A stretch of DNA of 64,000 bases, taken from contig OY729426.1 in assembly GCA_963422365.1 (NCBI GenBank), forward strand, positions 256,001-320,000. Direction: 5' to 3'. A model generated the notes under the pieces. That model was not told the DNA's origin. It did no database searches and saw only the letters and a program-made list of their open reading frames with translations. Shown here piece after piece: positions 10,773 through 20,268 of this stretch. The stretch is from Nitrospirales bacterium (GTDB lineage Bacteria; Nitrospirota; Nitrospiria; Nitrospirales; UBA8639). Within the stretch, counting starts at the first letter, position 1. Every line of letters begins with the position of its first letter. Made by a program: the position numbers and the translations under genes.

Positions 10773-11149
10773 CTAGGTTGTTCGCATCTGGCCGAGCGCA
10801 TGCCGGATGGTTTCGAGAAGTTGCAAGGGGCTAAAGGGTTTGACCAGATAGGCAAAGACCTCAGGAGCTTGCTCCCCGTCATCCGCGGCAGGCTGCTCCA
10901 AAGCCGTCAGAAGAATTAGGGGATATGCCGGATGGCGGGATCAGCCAGAATGGCTTGGGCTACTTCGAGGCCACTCATTTTGGGCATCATCCGATCCAGA
11001 ATCACCACGTCAGGCTGTTCTTGCCGGATGAGTTGTAAGGCCGATTCCCCGTCCGAGGCTTCCAGAATGCGATAGGCCGGATCTTCCAAGGTGGTTTGAA
11101 GCAACAACCGAAGATCCGGTTCATCATCTGCAATGAGAAGCGTTTTCAT
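10773..11149 (-). pseudogene. single-domain response regulator (REC), frameshifted
   Basis: LIADDE, VILDRMMPKMSG. After a 1-nt shift at 10919-10922 it continues ILLTA...YLVKPFSP to a stop at 10773. Confidence 0.8.
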
Positions 11150-11209
11150 CGCCTCACGAATCCCCCTACCCCATAAGATCCGCATGACACGGAACGGGGT
11201 CAGCCACCA

Positions 11210-12091
11210 TCACACAAGGTCTTCAGGTTCGCCTTCATCACCAGACACGGCAACTGGGGGTTGTCCCGCAGAGGCCTCACCCTTTTCCATACGCCGGGCT
11301 ACGGTGATGAATCCGGAATGGGCAATCATCCGCAGGTCCGGTCGTACACTGCGCCCGTCGATATTCCAATTGCGAAAGAGGGTCTCGAAGGTTTGGATCA
11401 GCCCGAAGGCTTTGGTCTGTCGAAGTGCGTCAACCGTCTGAACCACTTGGGGAACCGTGGGCACAAAGCTCAGATAAATGCCGCCCAATCTAAGGATGGC
11501 CGGTACATGAGGGGCCACGTTCCAGGGTTCGGGTAAATCCAGGATCACCCGATCGAATCTATCGAATGCTTGGAGATCGCCTTCTATGTCCCGGCCAATG
11601 CCTTCATACGCATCACGTTGCACTAAATGGAAGTTGGCAACAGGGCCGAGAAACCGCTCTATGTTTTTTATCGCGGTTCGAGCGAAGTCTTCTCGTTTTT
11701 CATAGCTCACGACTCGCCCGCGGTCGCCCACCGCACGCAGCAAGCCTAACGTCAGAGCCGCAGATCCAACACCCGCTTCAAACACGGAGGCACCGGGGTA
11801 GACATCGGCCCACATGAGAATCATGGCGATATCCTTGGGATACAGGACTTGCGCCCCTCGAGGCATCTTCAGCGTGTATTCCGCTAAGGTAGGCCTGAAC
11901 GCGACCATGGTCTTACCCCTTGAGAAACGAACCGTGGTCCCATCAGGCTGTCCGATGAGGTCGTCATGAAGAATGGTCTCTCCACTATGTTGGAACCGAT
12001 CTCCGGCTTTGAGCGTGAAGGCATACTGACGCCCTTTTTTGTCGACTAAATGGACTCGTTGGCCTGATTGAAACGTGTGCACCGGTCGCAT
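11210..12091 (-). CDS. trmI: tRNA (adenine58-N1)-methyltransferase
   Basis: MPRGAQVLYPKD, EAGVGSAALT, LDLPEPW, HSGF. Confidence 0.93.
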   Translation of the reverse strand: MRPVHTFQSGQRVHLVDKKGRQYAFTLKAGDRFQHSGETILHDDLIGQPDGTTVRFSRGKTMVAFRPTLAEYTLKMPRGAQVLYPKDIAMILMWADVYPGASVFEAGVGSAALTLGLLRAVGDRGRVVSYEKREDFARTAIKNIERFLGPVANFHLVQRDAYEGIGRDIEGDLQAFDRFDRVILDLPEPWNVAPHVPAILRLGGIYLSFVPTVPQVVQTVDALRQTKAFGLIQTFETLFRNWNIDGRSVRPDLRMIAHSGFITVARRMEKGEASAGQPPVAVSGDEGEPEDLV

Positions 12092-12236
12092 TCTAGGAGC
12101 CTGCCCCTAGGGTTGCAACTCAGACGAGTGGGACAGTCCGCTAAAAACCGATTCCAACTCTTTGAACAAACAGCCGTTTTCTTGACAGCCTCGGAAGATG
12201 CCCGTAAGATTGTTTCTGTAGGAGGTTTCCTCCGCA

Positions 12237-13616
12237 TTGAATATCTTTCGCACCATTCCTTCCCTGTTTTGGCCCCAGTTTCGGCACACCTGTGTTTCCG
12301 TGTGGCAAAATTGGAAAAAATGCGCGTGCAGTGCGCTAAGTGTTCTGTTTTTCTCTCTTCCAATCGGCCTTGCTCAGGCTGAACCTTCTCTGGTGATGAC
12401 CGCCACCTATGAAGGGGTCATCAATCCCGTCGCTGCCGAATATCTCCACCAAGCCATTGCCCATGCGGAGAAGGAACACGCTCAATTTCTCGTCTTTCAA
12501 CTCGATACGCCCGGGGGCTTGGACACGTCGATGCGTTTGATGATTAAAGATATCACCGGCGCCCAGATTCCGATTGTCGTCTATGTCGGCCCTACTGGCG
12601 GACGTGCCGCGTCGGCCGGGGTGTTCCTCACCTTAGCGGCGCATGTGTCGGCCATGGCTCCAGGGACCAATATCGGAGCGGCCCACCCCGTGGCCATGGG
12701 AGGCGGGGAAATGGACGAGGTGATGAAGGAAAAGGTGGAGAATGATGCGGTCGCCTATATCCGTTCCATTGCCGAACGTCGAGGCCGGACTATCGAATGG
12801 GCGGAAAATGCCGTGAAAAAAAGTGTCTCAGCCACTGCGACGCAAGCCCAAGAGCTCGGCGTGGTCGATCTTATTGCGTCAGACCTCCATGACCTCTTAC
12901 GACAACTCGACGGGCGGCAACTCTCTCTTGGTGAACAGACCGTGACCCTTCGGACGCAAGACGCTCGCACACAGGATTTCCCCATGGGTTGGCGACTTGA
13001 AACCATGAAAGCCATCAGCGATCCGAATATTGCGTACGTGCTCATGACCATCGGAACCATTGGGTTGATTGCCGAACTCTATAGCCCCGGCGCAATCTTA
13101 CCCGGCGTGGTCGGCGCCATCAGCTTGATTCTCGCCTTTTATTCCCTCCAGTCTCTTCCCGTGAACTATGCGGGGGTGCTGTTGTTTATTTTGGGCATCG
13201 TCATGTTGCTCCTCGAGGTCACTGTCACCAGTTACGGCCTGTTGGCGATCGGCGGGGTCACCGCCATGATTCTGGGGTCGCTTTTTCTCATCAACCAGGA
13301 TTTCCCTTATTACCAAATTTCCTGGTCTGTTATTCTTCCTATCGTCGCCCTAGCGGTCGGGTTTACGTTTCTTGTGGTTAATTTCAGCGTCCGTGCCTTA
13401 CGCAAACACACTCCCACCGGCAGTGAAGGGATGATCGGACGCATGGGGTCGGCGAAAACGAATCTAACCCCGAATGGGAAGATTTTTATCCAAGGTGAAA
13501 TCTGGGATGCCGTCAGTTCAGCACCGGTGAACGCAGGACAGCCTATTCAAATCACGCAAATCGAAGGGCTCACGGTCCATGTCAAACCCGTAGAGCCTCA
13601 AAACGAAAGTCAATAA
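12237..13616 (+). CDS. nfeD: NfeD family membrane-bound serine protease
   Basis: LDTPGG, AASAG, MAPGTNIGAAHPV, TM domain and C-terminal OB domain (GEIWDA). Start uncertain. Confidence 0.92.
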   Translation: MNIFRTIPSLFWPQFRHTCVSVWQNWKKCACSALSVLFFSLPIGLAQAEPSLVMTATYEGVINPVAAEYLHQAIAHAEKEHAQFLVFQLDTPGGLDTSMRLMIKDITGAQIPIVVYVGPTGGRAASAGVFLTLAAHVSAMAPGTNIGAAHPVAMGGGEMDEVMKEKVENDAVAYIRSIAERRGRTIEWAENAVKKSVSATATQAQELGVVDLIASDLHDLLRQLDGRQLSLGEQTVTLRTQDARTQDFPMGWRLETMKAISDPNIAYVLMTIGTIGLIAELYSPGAILPGVVGAISLILAFYSLQSLPVNYAGVLLFILGIVMLLLEVTVTSYGLLAIGGVTAMILGSLFLINQDFPYYQISWSVILPIVALAVGFTFLVVNFSVRALRKHTPTGSEGMIGRMGSAKTNLTPNGKIFIQGEIWDAVSSAPVNAGQPIQITQIEGLTVHVKPVEPQNESQ

Positions 13617-14432
13617 ATGGAATCCTTATTCAATCCCACTATGCTGGTTGTCTTGTTCTTAGGACTCGTCATACTGATCTCGAAAGGCTTGTATATCCTG
13701 CGAGAATATGAGCGAGCCGTCATTTTTCGGGTAGGCCGTCTGGCCCAGGGTTTAATCGGGCGGAATGGGCCCGGCATCATTCTTATCATCCCGTTGATCG
13801 ATAAACTGGTTCGCGTAAGCCTCCGCACCGTGACCATGGACGTGCCTCCCCAAGACGTCATTACGAAAGACAATGTGTCGGTCAAAGTCAATGCGGTGAT
13901 CTATTTTCGCGTGGTGGATTCGGAAAAAGCCATTGTCGGGGTGGAGGACTATTATTATGCCACCTCCATGATTGCCCAAACGACCTTGCGGAGCGTCCTG
14001 GGCCAAAGTCAGTTAGATGACCTGCTCTCGAAGCGAGATGAGATTAATGCCGACTTGCAGCGGATTATCGACCAAGCCACAGAACCCTGGGGTATCAAGG
14101 TTTCCGCCGTCGAAGTCAAAAATGTGGATCTCCCTCAAGAAATGCAGCGGGCGATTGCTCGGCAGGCTGAAGCCGAGCGGGAACGACGGTCGAAAGTCAT
14201 CCATGCCGAAGGAGAATTTCAGGCCTCCCAACGTCTCTCCGATGCTGCCAGCGTTCTGAGTCAGAATCCGGCAGCTCTGCAATTACGGTATATGGACACC
14301 ATGATGAATATCGCCGGGGACAAAAATTCCACGATCCTGTTTCCCTTGCCCATGGACTTATTAAGCCCTTTTCTTAAAAACTCGGAACCATCAAAAGCGT
14401 CCCCCCCACCAGAAGGCCCTTCTTCAGAATAG
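13617..14432 (+). CDS. SPFH/stomatin (slipin) family protein
   Basis: [34 protein letters not shown]; canonical NfeD partner. Confidence 0.93.
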   Translation: MESLFNPTMLVVLFLGLVILISKGLYILREYERAVIFRVGRLAQGLIGRNGPGIILIIPLIDKLVRVSLRTVTMDVPPQDVITKDNVSVKVNAVIYFRVVDSEKAIVGVEDYYYATSMIAQTTLRSVLGQSQLDDLLSKRDEINADLQRIIDQATEPWGIKVSAVEVKNVDLPQEMQRAIARQAEAERERRSKVIHAEGEFQASQRLSDAASVLSQNPAALQLRYMDTMMNIAGDKNSTILFPLPMDLLSPFLKNSEPSKASPPPEGPSSE

Positions 14433-14483
14433 GTAGGGCGGCTTCCACCACGACCCATATCACCTAATGAGTGGCATACAACC

Positions 14484-15173
14484 ATGAGGAGGCTGTTTGC
14501 GGTAATCGGCCTGGGCCGATTCGGATATAGTGTCGCAGAGTCTTTGGTGCAAAAGGGGTGTGAAGTCCTCGCCATTGATCGAGAAGAGTCGAAAATTCAG
14601 GCCATCAGCGATATTGCGACCTTTGCCGTTCAATGCGATGCGACGGATGAACGCGCGCTGAAAGCCGTCAGCACGCAAAATGTCGACATTGCAGTGGTCA
14701 GCATCGGCGAAAACATTGAAGCAAGCATCCTCATCGTCCAAACGCTGGCCGAAATGGGGATCACCTCCATCATTGCCAAGGCCGTGACCAACCTTCACGG
14801 AAAAATCCTGAGCAATCTCGGGGTGACCGACGTGATTTACCCTGAACGGGATGCTGCTATCCGACTCGCTCATCGACTGGTCTCCCCCAAGGTGCTAGAC
14901 TATCTCGAATTAGCACCCGGTTATAGTGTTGAGGAGGTCGCCGTGCCGGATCGGTTTTCCGGCATGAGCATTGAGGAAACCAAAATCCGCAAACTGCACA
15001 ACCTCAACATCATCGGTATCAAGAAACAAGTGAATCGCATGATCAAGGGAAAATTAAAGAAGGAGGATACCTTTAATTTCACTCCCTCTCCCGGTGATAT
15101 GATCGAAAAAGGCGATGTCTTGGTCATGATTGGGAAAGAGCATGATCTCGACGGGTTCAGTAATTCTGAATAA
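14484..15173 (+). CDS. trkA: TrkA/KtrA family potassium uptake regulatory subunit
   Basis: VIGLGRFG Rossmann motif plus TrkA_C domain. Confidence 0.88.
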   Translation: MRRLFAVIGLGRFGYSVAESLVQKGCEVLAIDREESKIQAISDIATFAVQCDATDERALKAVSTQNVDIAVVSIGENIEASILIVQTLAEMGITSIIAKAVTNLHGKILSNLGVTDVIYPERDAAIRLAHRLVSPKVLDYLELAPGYSVEEVAVPDRFSGMSIEETKIRKLHNLNIIGIKKQVNRMIKGKLKKEDTFNFTPSPGDMIEKGDVLVMIGKEHDLDGFSNSE

Positions 15174-15352
15174 GGCAACCTCTTCCGGACTCCCACGAAT
15201 TCGGTGATGCGGTCTCCTTTCTTGACCGTCTTCGTCTCCACGTTCGACCACCCTGCCTGTTTTCTGACCGACTCCAAAATGGGTCCTTCCGTTCCAAGAC
15301 AGAGAAATCCGTTTCTGCTAGACTTCCTTACTGAATGAGGCTTGACCCCGTC

Positions 15353-15679
15353 ATGTCACAGTACGATTGTCAGACACTCCTCAACGAATTCCGGCAGAAC
15401 TTAGAAGTATTTTATGCTGTGCTACAGCTCGCTCCGCCCTATGATAGCGTCGAAAAAGCCATCCAGTGTCTCTCCGCCTTGTTCAAAACCAAAACGGCCG
15501 AGGAGCAGGCACAACTTCTTGGCAATGATTCCTTGAGATGGAAACTCTACGTCCAGGCCTTTATCGACTCAGGGTTGCACAAAAAACACCGAGGGATTAT
15601 CACCGGACTCGCACGCACCGACGACCTCGGTCGGTTCCCAGACTCCGTGCGATATTTATTGGATCCCTTTCGATCTTGA
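15353..15679 (+). CDS. hypothetical protein
   Basis: 108-aa ORF with protein-like composition filling the gap between trkA and lpxC. Confidence 0.65.
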   Translation: MSQYDCQTLLNEFRQNLEVFYAVLQLAPPYDSVEKAIQCLSALFKTKTAEEQAQLLGNDSLRWKLYVQAFIDSGLHKKHRGIITGLARTDDLGRFPDSVRYLLDPFRS

Positions 15680-15719
15680 CCGTCATCTACCTATTCTCTT
15701 TTGCTGCTTCCATGGCCAT

Positions 15720-15847
15720 TGTGTTGTATTTTTACAACACAACTATTGATTTTTCACATCACCTTCACACCACCTTCATTTATTTATCATTATATTTCAA
15801 TATGTTACGTAAAATTACATTATAATTTTTATGGCCCATTATTTGCA
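15720..15847 (+). promoter_or_regulatory. candidate sigma54 promoter with upstream palindrome
   Basis: TGGCCCATTATTTGCA (GG-N10-GC) at 15832-15847; inverted repeat TGTGTTGTA-N4-TACAACACA at 15720-15741; AT-rich IHF-like spacer. Confidence 0.6.
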
Positions 15848-15874
15848 TAAATACAAGCGGCAATAAAAATATTT

Positions 15875-16819
15875 ATGAAGCGGCAACAAACCATCGAACG
15901 AACCGTATCGGTATCTGGAGTTGGACTCCATTCTGGTCGTCCTTCACAGATCAGTCTTTCCCCGGCGCCTGTGGACAATGGTATTGTGTTTCGAAGGACA
16001 GTCAACGGTCATGTTGAGATGTGCCAGGCTTCGATTCGCAATCTTAGGCCCATGGAACTTTGCACGACGATCGGCTCCAATGGATTCCAAATCCAAACGA
16101 CCGAACACGTGCTTTCGGCTCTCTGGGGTTTAGGAATTGATAATGCCTTTATTGATATCGATTCAGAAGAAATCCCGGCGATGGACGGCAGTGCGGCACC
16201 ATTTGCCAAACTTATTCAACTCGCCGGAGTCGTGAGGCAAGAATGTCCTCGGACCTATCTCAAAATTTCAGAACCCATTCATATCGGCGATCGCAATCGA
16301 GGGATCTCCATTGTTCCCGCACCCCTTCCTAAAATCACCTATACGATCGACTACGCTCATCAGTTGATTCAGCAGCAAACCTACAAACACGAGTGGTCCG
16401 CGGTGGAGTTTGAGGCCAATATTGCACAGGCTCGAACCTTTGCGTTTTTACATGAAGTGGAATCCTTATGGGCCAGCGGCTTAGGAAAAGGCGGTTCCTT
16501 AGACAACACGATTGTGTTTACAGACGCTGGATTTTTGAATGAACAGGAGCTTCGTTTTCCAGACGAATGCGTTCGCCATAAGGTGTTAGACCTCATCGGA
16601 GATCTGTCTCTCCTCGGCTGCCATATTATCGGCCACATTATTGCCAAATGTTCAGGCCATCACCTCCACACCCAACTCGTCCAAGCCATCTTAGACAACC
16701 GGGACGCCTGGACTCTGCTAGGAACGCATGAGAAGCATGAAACTGATTGGACCGATCTTGTTCCAAATGGAAAAGATTCGGTTCATGCCGTGCCTCTCGC
16801 TGTAAACTCTGCGCTCTAA
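15875..16819 (+). CDS. lpxC: UDP-3-O-acyl-N-acetylglucosamine deacetylase
   Basis: GVGLHSG, TTEHVLSAL, MDGSA, ARTF, RHKVLDLIGDL. Confidence 0.96.
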   Translation: MKRQQTIERTVSVSGVGLHSGRPSQISLSPAPVDNGIVFRRTVNGHVEMCQASIRNLRPMELCTTIGSNGFQIQTTEHVLSALWGLGIDNAFIDIDSEEIPAMDGSAAPFAKLIQLAGVVRQECPRTYLKISEPIHIGDRNRGISIVPAPLPKITYTIDYAHQLIQQQTYKHEWSAVEFEANIAQARTFAFLHEVESLWASGLGKGGSLDNTIVFTDAGFLNEQELRFPDECVRHKVLDLIGDLSLLGCHIIGHIIAKCSGHHLHTQLVQAILDNRDAWTLLGTHEKHETDWTDLVPNGKDSVHAVPLAVNSAL

Positions 16820-16856
16820 ATTTGTTTATCAAGCATAGGAAACGGCCTCTCCTTAT

Positions 16857-16914
16857 TGTAGCTACGGGATCTTATCCCTCCCTTCCTGGCCACATGAGAT
16901 GCGGCCCTACAAAT
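16857..16914. repeat. GTAG/CTAC-type REP-like repeat
   Basis: Close match to 37791-37849 (CGGGATCT...TGGCC.CATGA.ATGCGGCCCTACAAAT). Confidence 0.65.
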
Positions 16915-17079
16915 CAAGGCGTGTTTCTAAGAAGAATGGCCACTGTCAGCTCTGTTTGACAATTCCCCTCTCACTCCCTTCAATCCCTGTTTTCACATAC
17001 TTCGTTTTCAGGCTGTTGACTAAGCAACCGGCACAGACCGCCCGTTGAGTTCTCAAGAGGAGGGTGGTAGTGTGGAGAA

Positions 17080-17613
17080 ATGCTTGCATGTCGTGTTCCG
17101 CCCCCATGGCATATAGGCCTTCAGCTTCTCCTCTTCTTCATCTGGTTCCCTGAACTGCTCTTCGCTGCGAATATGGCTCCCGCGCCACCCTCTGGCTTTC
17201 AGGGGATTCCCTGGGGAAGTGCCTTGACTGAATTGTCTCAACTCGTACTCGTCGAGCCTGACGATCGGATCGACATTTATCAATATAAGGAACACCCTCC
17301 GCATTTTGCGAACGAACCGGTCGAGGCTATCAAGCTCTATACCATCGACGCCCAATTTGCTCGTGTGATGATCCGATACCGAAATGAAGCCACGCACAAC
17401 CGTATCAAGCAAGCGTTAGAATCGGAATTCGGGAAAATTCAACACAGCCCAGGCTCGATGATTCGTGGGCTGAACCAAGAATACTTCTGGCGCCTCGAGG
17501 AAACCGACATTAGTCTGAGTTACCGAGGGCTGGGAGAACGCGGATTACTGATGATCCAAAGCCGCCTCTTAGCGCCGCGTTTTCTGGAACTCTTGAGCGA
17601 TCATACGCATTAG
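17080..17613 (+). CDS. hypothetical exported protein
   Basis: Hydrophobic leader then GFQGIPWG motif; GGAGA RBS. Confidence 0.7.
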   Translation: MLACRVPPPWHIGLQLLLFFIWFPELLFAANMAPAPPSGFQGIPWGSALTELSQLVLVEPDDRIDIYQYKEHPPHFANEPVEAIKLYTIDAQFARVMIRYRNEATHNRIKQALESEFGKIQHSPGSMIRGLNQEYFWRLEETDISLSYRGLGERGLLMIQSRLLAPRFLELLSDHTH

Positions 17614-17632
17614 CCCACGACCCCGGAGGCAC

Positions 17633-19273
17633 CTACCGCTCGATCCGGTTCCGGGCTTCCAACACCTTTTGCACGACCACTTCGATCATTTCCTCATCGA
17701 CAAAGGGGGAGAGGATAAAGGATTTCAGCGCCACGATCGGTTCTCCGTATTGCGAGGTACGATAGCCATCCGTTAAGGATAACATCGCTCCTCGGCCTGC
17801 CATCGCTTCTTGATGAACATATTGGAACACCTTCCGATTGTACTCATTATGCGAGACCAGCATCTCTCGATAGGCCACGTCTTTGCTTTCCGCCTCTTTG
17901 ATCCGAAACGTGTCGATTCCACGAGGATAGACCCGAAATAGCGTAACCGGGCCAAAATTATCTCGGTTCAAGACCGTGGTACAATCATGACCCTCTAAAT
18001 GTTCACGGAGCAGCTGCGACATTTCCACAATGTGTCCGATAATGACTTGCAGGCCTTGCTTCCCGAACAATTTCATGTTCGCTAGCGCCGCAAGAATACC
18101 GCCTCCCGCTCGAGAGGTTTCGAGGGTATACATCCCCGGCCGATGTACTCCAAACTGATAGAGGTACGGCATCTGCTCTTGAGGCCGACGGATGAATTCC
18201 AGGTCGTCACGATTTTTGAACAACACCAGACTCGAGATATAAGGCGCAAACCCGGGTTTGTGAAAATCGATCCCCATACTGTCTGCCAGAGACAAACTCT
18301 GGATGGGGTTACGCGCCCCTGCCAACGCGCGAATGGTGCGCGGCCGGAATCCTAAGGGATTACGCTCAAAGTCATAGTCGTTAAACACCGACCAGGCCCA
18401 GCCGATCACGGCATCGGCATGAATATGAGGGTGGTACGGAAGCTGAAATTCTTCGACCAATTCATCGCGTGCCGCCACGATCCCGGCAAGATCGTCAAGC
18501 CCAAAGGCATCGGTGGTCCCCAAGGTCGCGATAATAGCCGCGATTTTCCCTCCCCGTCGAAAGACCACTCTGGCTTGGTCTCGAAAGGCCTCTACTTTCA
18601 TGGCATTCCGTGAGTCCGTGGGAATCGTGAGAATGCTCTTCGATCCGAGTCCCAACCACCCTGCAACATTGTATCGACAATAATGACTGGCCTCGCTGGC
18701 AAAGACGACCGCTTCCTCTCGCACGCCGGCGGCCATGGCGCCCGGGATCGCTTTTTCCAATCCGATTTTGACGCCATATAACGTCGTACCGGTCCCCCCG
18801 AAGGTAAAAACCCCTCCCGCACGATCGGGCTCATACCCCACCAACCGCGCGCTCATTGCCACCATCTCCACTTCTGCCAGTGCCAGGCGGTGGCTATATT
18901 CGTCCCATCCGAGGTTGGGATTATATAAGGAAGATAACAGAACCCCGATTAAAGAGGAGATGGTCGGCGGTGGGACCACATTCTGTTGAGTCTGGGGATG
19001 CCCGGGAATGGTCAAGCCTGAACAAAAGGCCACAAGATCACTGGTGACGTCCTCCACGCTCATGCCGCTTTCAGGAAGACTCGCTTCCCGAGCCTTGGCA
19101 TAGTCCAGAGGTGTTCGCTGCCCAAGAATGGGACGCTCACTTTTCAGCGCATCCACCTCATCCATCGCACGCATGACACTGTGGACAAAATAGCTGTCAT
19201 GGACCCGATCAGAAACCGGCTGAGGAAAGCAGACGCGGATCTTGGATAACATATCGCGGTAAGGCACGGGCAT
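17633..19273 (-). CDS. group II pyridoxal-phosphate-dependent decarboxylase
   Basis: FTFGGTG, SHY, GTTDAFGLDD, HADA and PLP-lysine motif DFHK. Confidence 0.9.
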   Translation of the reverse strand: MPVPYRDMLSKIRVCFPQPVSDRVHDSYFVHSVMRAMDEVDALKSERPILGQRTPLDYAKAREASLPESGMSVEDVTSDLVAFCSGLTIPGHPQTQQNVVPPPTISSLIGVLLSSLYNPNLGWDEYSHRLALAEVEMVAMSARLVGYEPDRAGGVFTFGGTGTTLYGVKIGLEKAIPGAMAAGVREEAVVFASEASHYCRYNVAGWLGLGSKSILTIPTDSRNAMKVEAFRDQARVVFRRGGKIAAIIATLGTTDAFGLDDLAGIVAARDELVEEFQLPYHPHIHADAVIGWAWSVFNDYDFERNPLGFRPRTIRALAGARNPIQSLSLADSMGIDFHKPGFAPYISSLVLFKNRDDLEFIRRPQEQMPYLYQFGVHRPGMYTLETSRAGGGILAALANMKLFGKQGLQVIIGHIVEMSQLLREHLEGHDCTTVLNRDNFGPVTLFRVYPRGIDTFRIKEAESKDVAYREMLVSHNEYNRKVFQYVHQEAMAGRGAMLSLTDGYRTSQYGEPIVALKSFILSPFVDEEMIEVVVQKVLEARNRIER

Positions 19274-19479
19274 ACCTTGCTCCTTCCATAAGCCCTTCGG
19301 AAACGAGGATCGGGCAAAAGCTATACGTGAAATCTTGTTGTATTTTATTGTACCACAGCGGATCCCGCGGCTCGATGCCGGGCATGATTCGGTGCAGAGG
19401 CATGGGGAACGGCCCCATTGACGCCTAGGGATCCGATAGCGCACCATGGGCGAGCCCATCACGTGACAGGGAGTCACTC

Positions 19480-20244
19480 GTGTCATCCTTTCCTGAAACC
19501 TTCATGATTAATCCTCACTGCCAAGTGTCTATTGACCATATAGGCCTAGGCCACCACAAGGTCGTCATGGTCGACCAGTTTTATCAGTACCCCGACAAGG
19601 TCCTGCAGGTGGCGTTAGGGCTTCCTTATACAGATCAATTCGAGATTGTCGGTAACTTTCCCGGCGTTCGGGCTTCGGTGAATGTCGATACCGAACCAAT
19701 CGTGGATGCAATCAGTGACTTCTGGGGCATACGTCTGCACCCGTTTTTTCATCCACAGCCAGTGGTGTTCCAAGGCATCACCAACCAGAAGTTCCGACTC
19801 AATGTCGGGCAACGTCAGCCCCATATCGATCAAGACATTACCGCCATGGTCTACCTGAACCCTGCCGAATCCTGCATGGGAGGAACCGGCCTGTACCGTC
19901 ATATTCCAACGGGATTAGAACGCGTGCCCATCGTTCCCGATGAGGGGATTCGTGAGCTGGCCGATCGCCTGGAACTCAGTGATGAATTTCTCAGCAGTGC
20001 GGAGGGATATGACAATTTTCAAAACAGTATGATTTTTAATCCCTTGTTTGCCAACCGAGACAATACCTATATCAACGACGGGAACGGCTATTGGGAACTC
20101 CTCTTCCTCATCCACATGAAACCCAATCGTCTGATCATTTTCGATGGACGCTGTTTTCATTCACAGCACATTACGACTGAGCAGTACACCCAAGCCTTCC
20201 GGGTCAATCAAGTCTGCTACCTCAGTCAAAAGCCCCGATCCTGA
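19480..20244 (+). CDS. DUF6445-like protein, probable 2OG-Fe(II) oxygenase fold
   Basis: VDQFYQYPD, FPGVR, PHID, YLN..GGTGLYRH, NRLIIFDG..FHS (HxD...H triad). Confidence 0.7.
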   Translation: MSSFPETFMINPHCQVSIDHIGLGHHKVVMVDQFYQYPDKVLQVALGLPYTDQFEIVGNFPGVRASVNVDTEPIVDAISDFWGIRLHPFFHPQPVVFQGITNQKFRLNVGQRQPHIDQDITAMVYLNPAESCMGGTGLYRHIPTGLERVPIVPDEGIRELADRLELSDEFLSSAEGYDNFQNSMIFNPLFANRDNTYINDGNGYWELLFLIHMKPNRLIIFDGRCFHSQHITTEQYTQAFRVNQVCYLSQKPRS

Positions 20245-20268
20245 TCCCCGCGTTGGATCGTTGATCCG

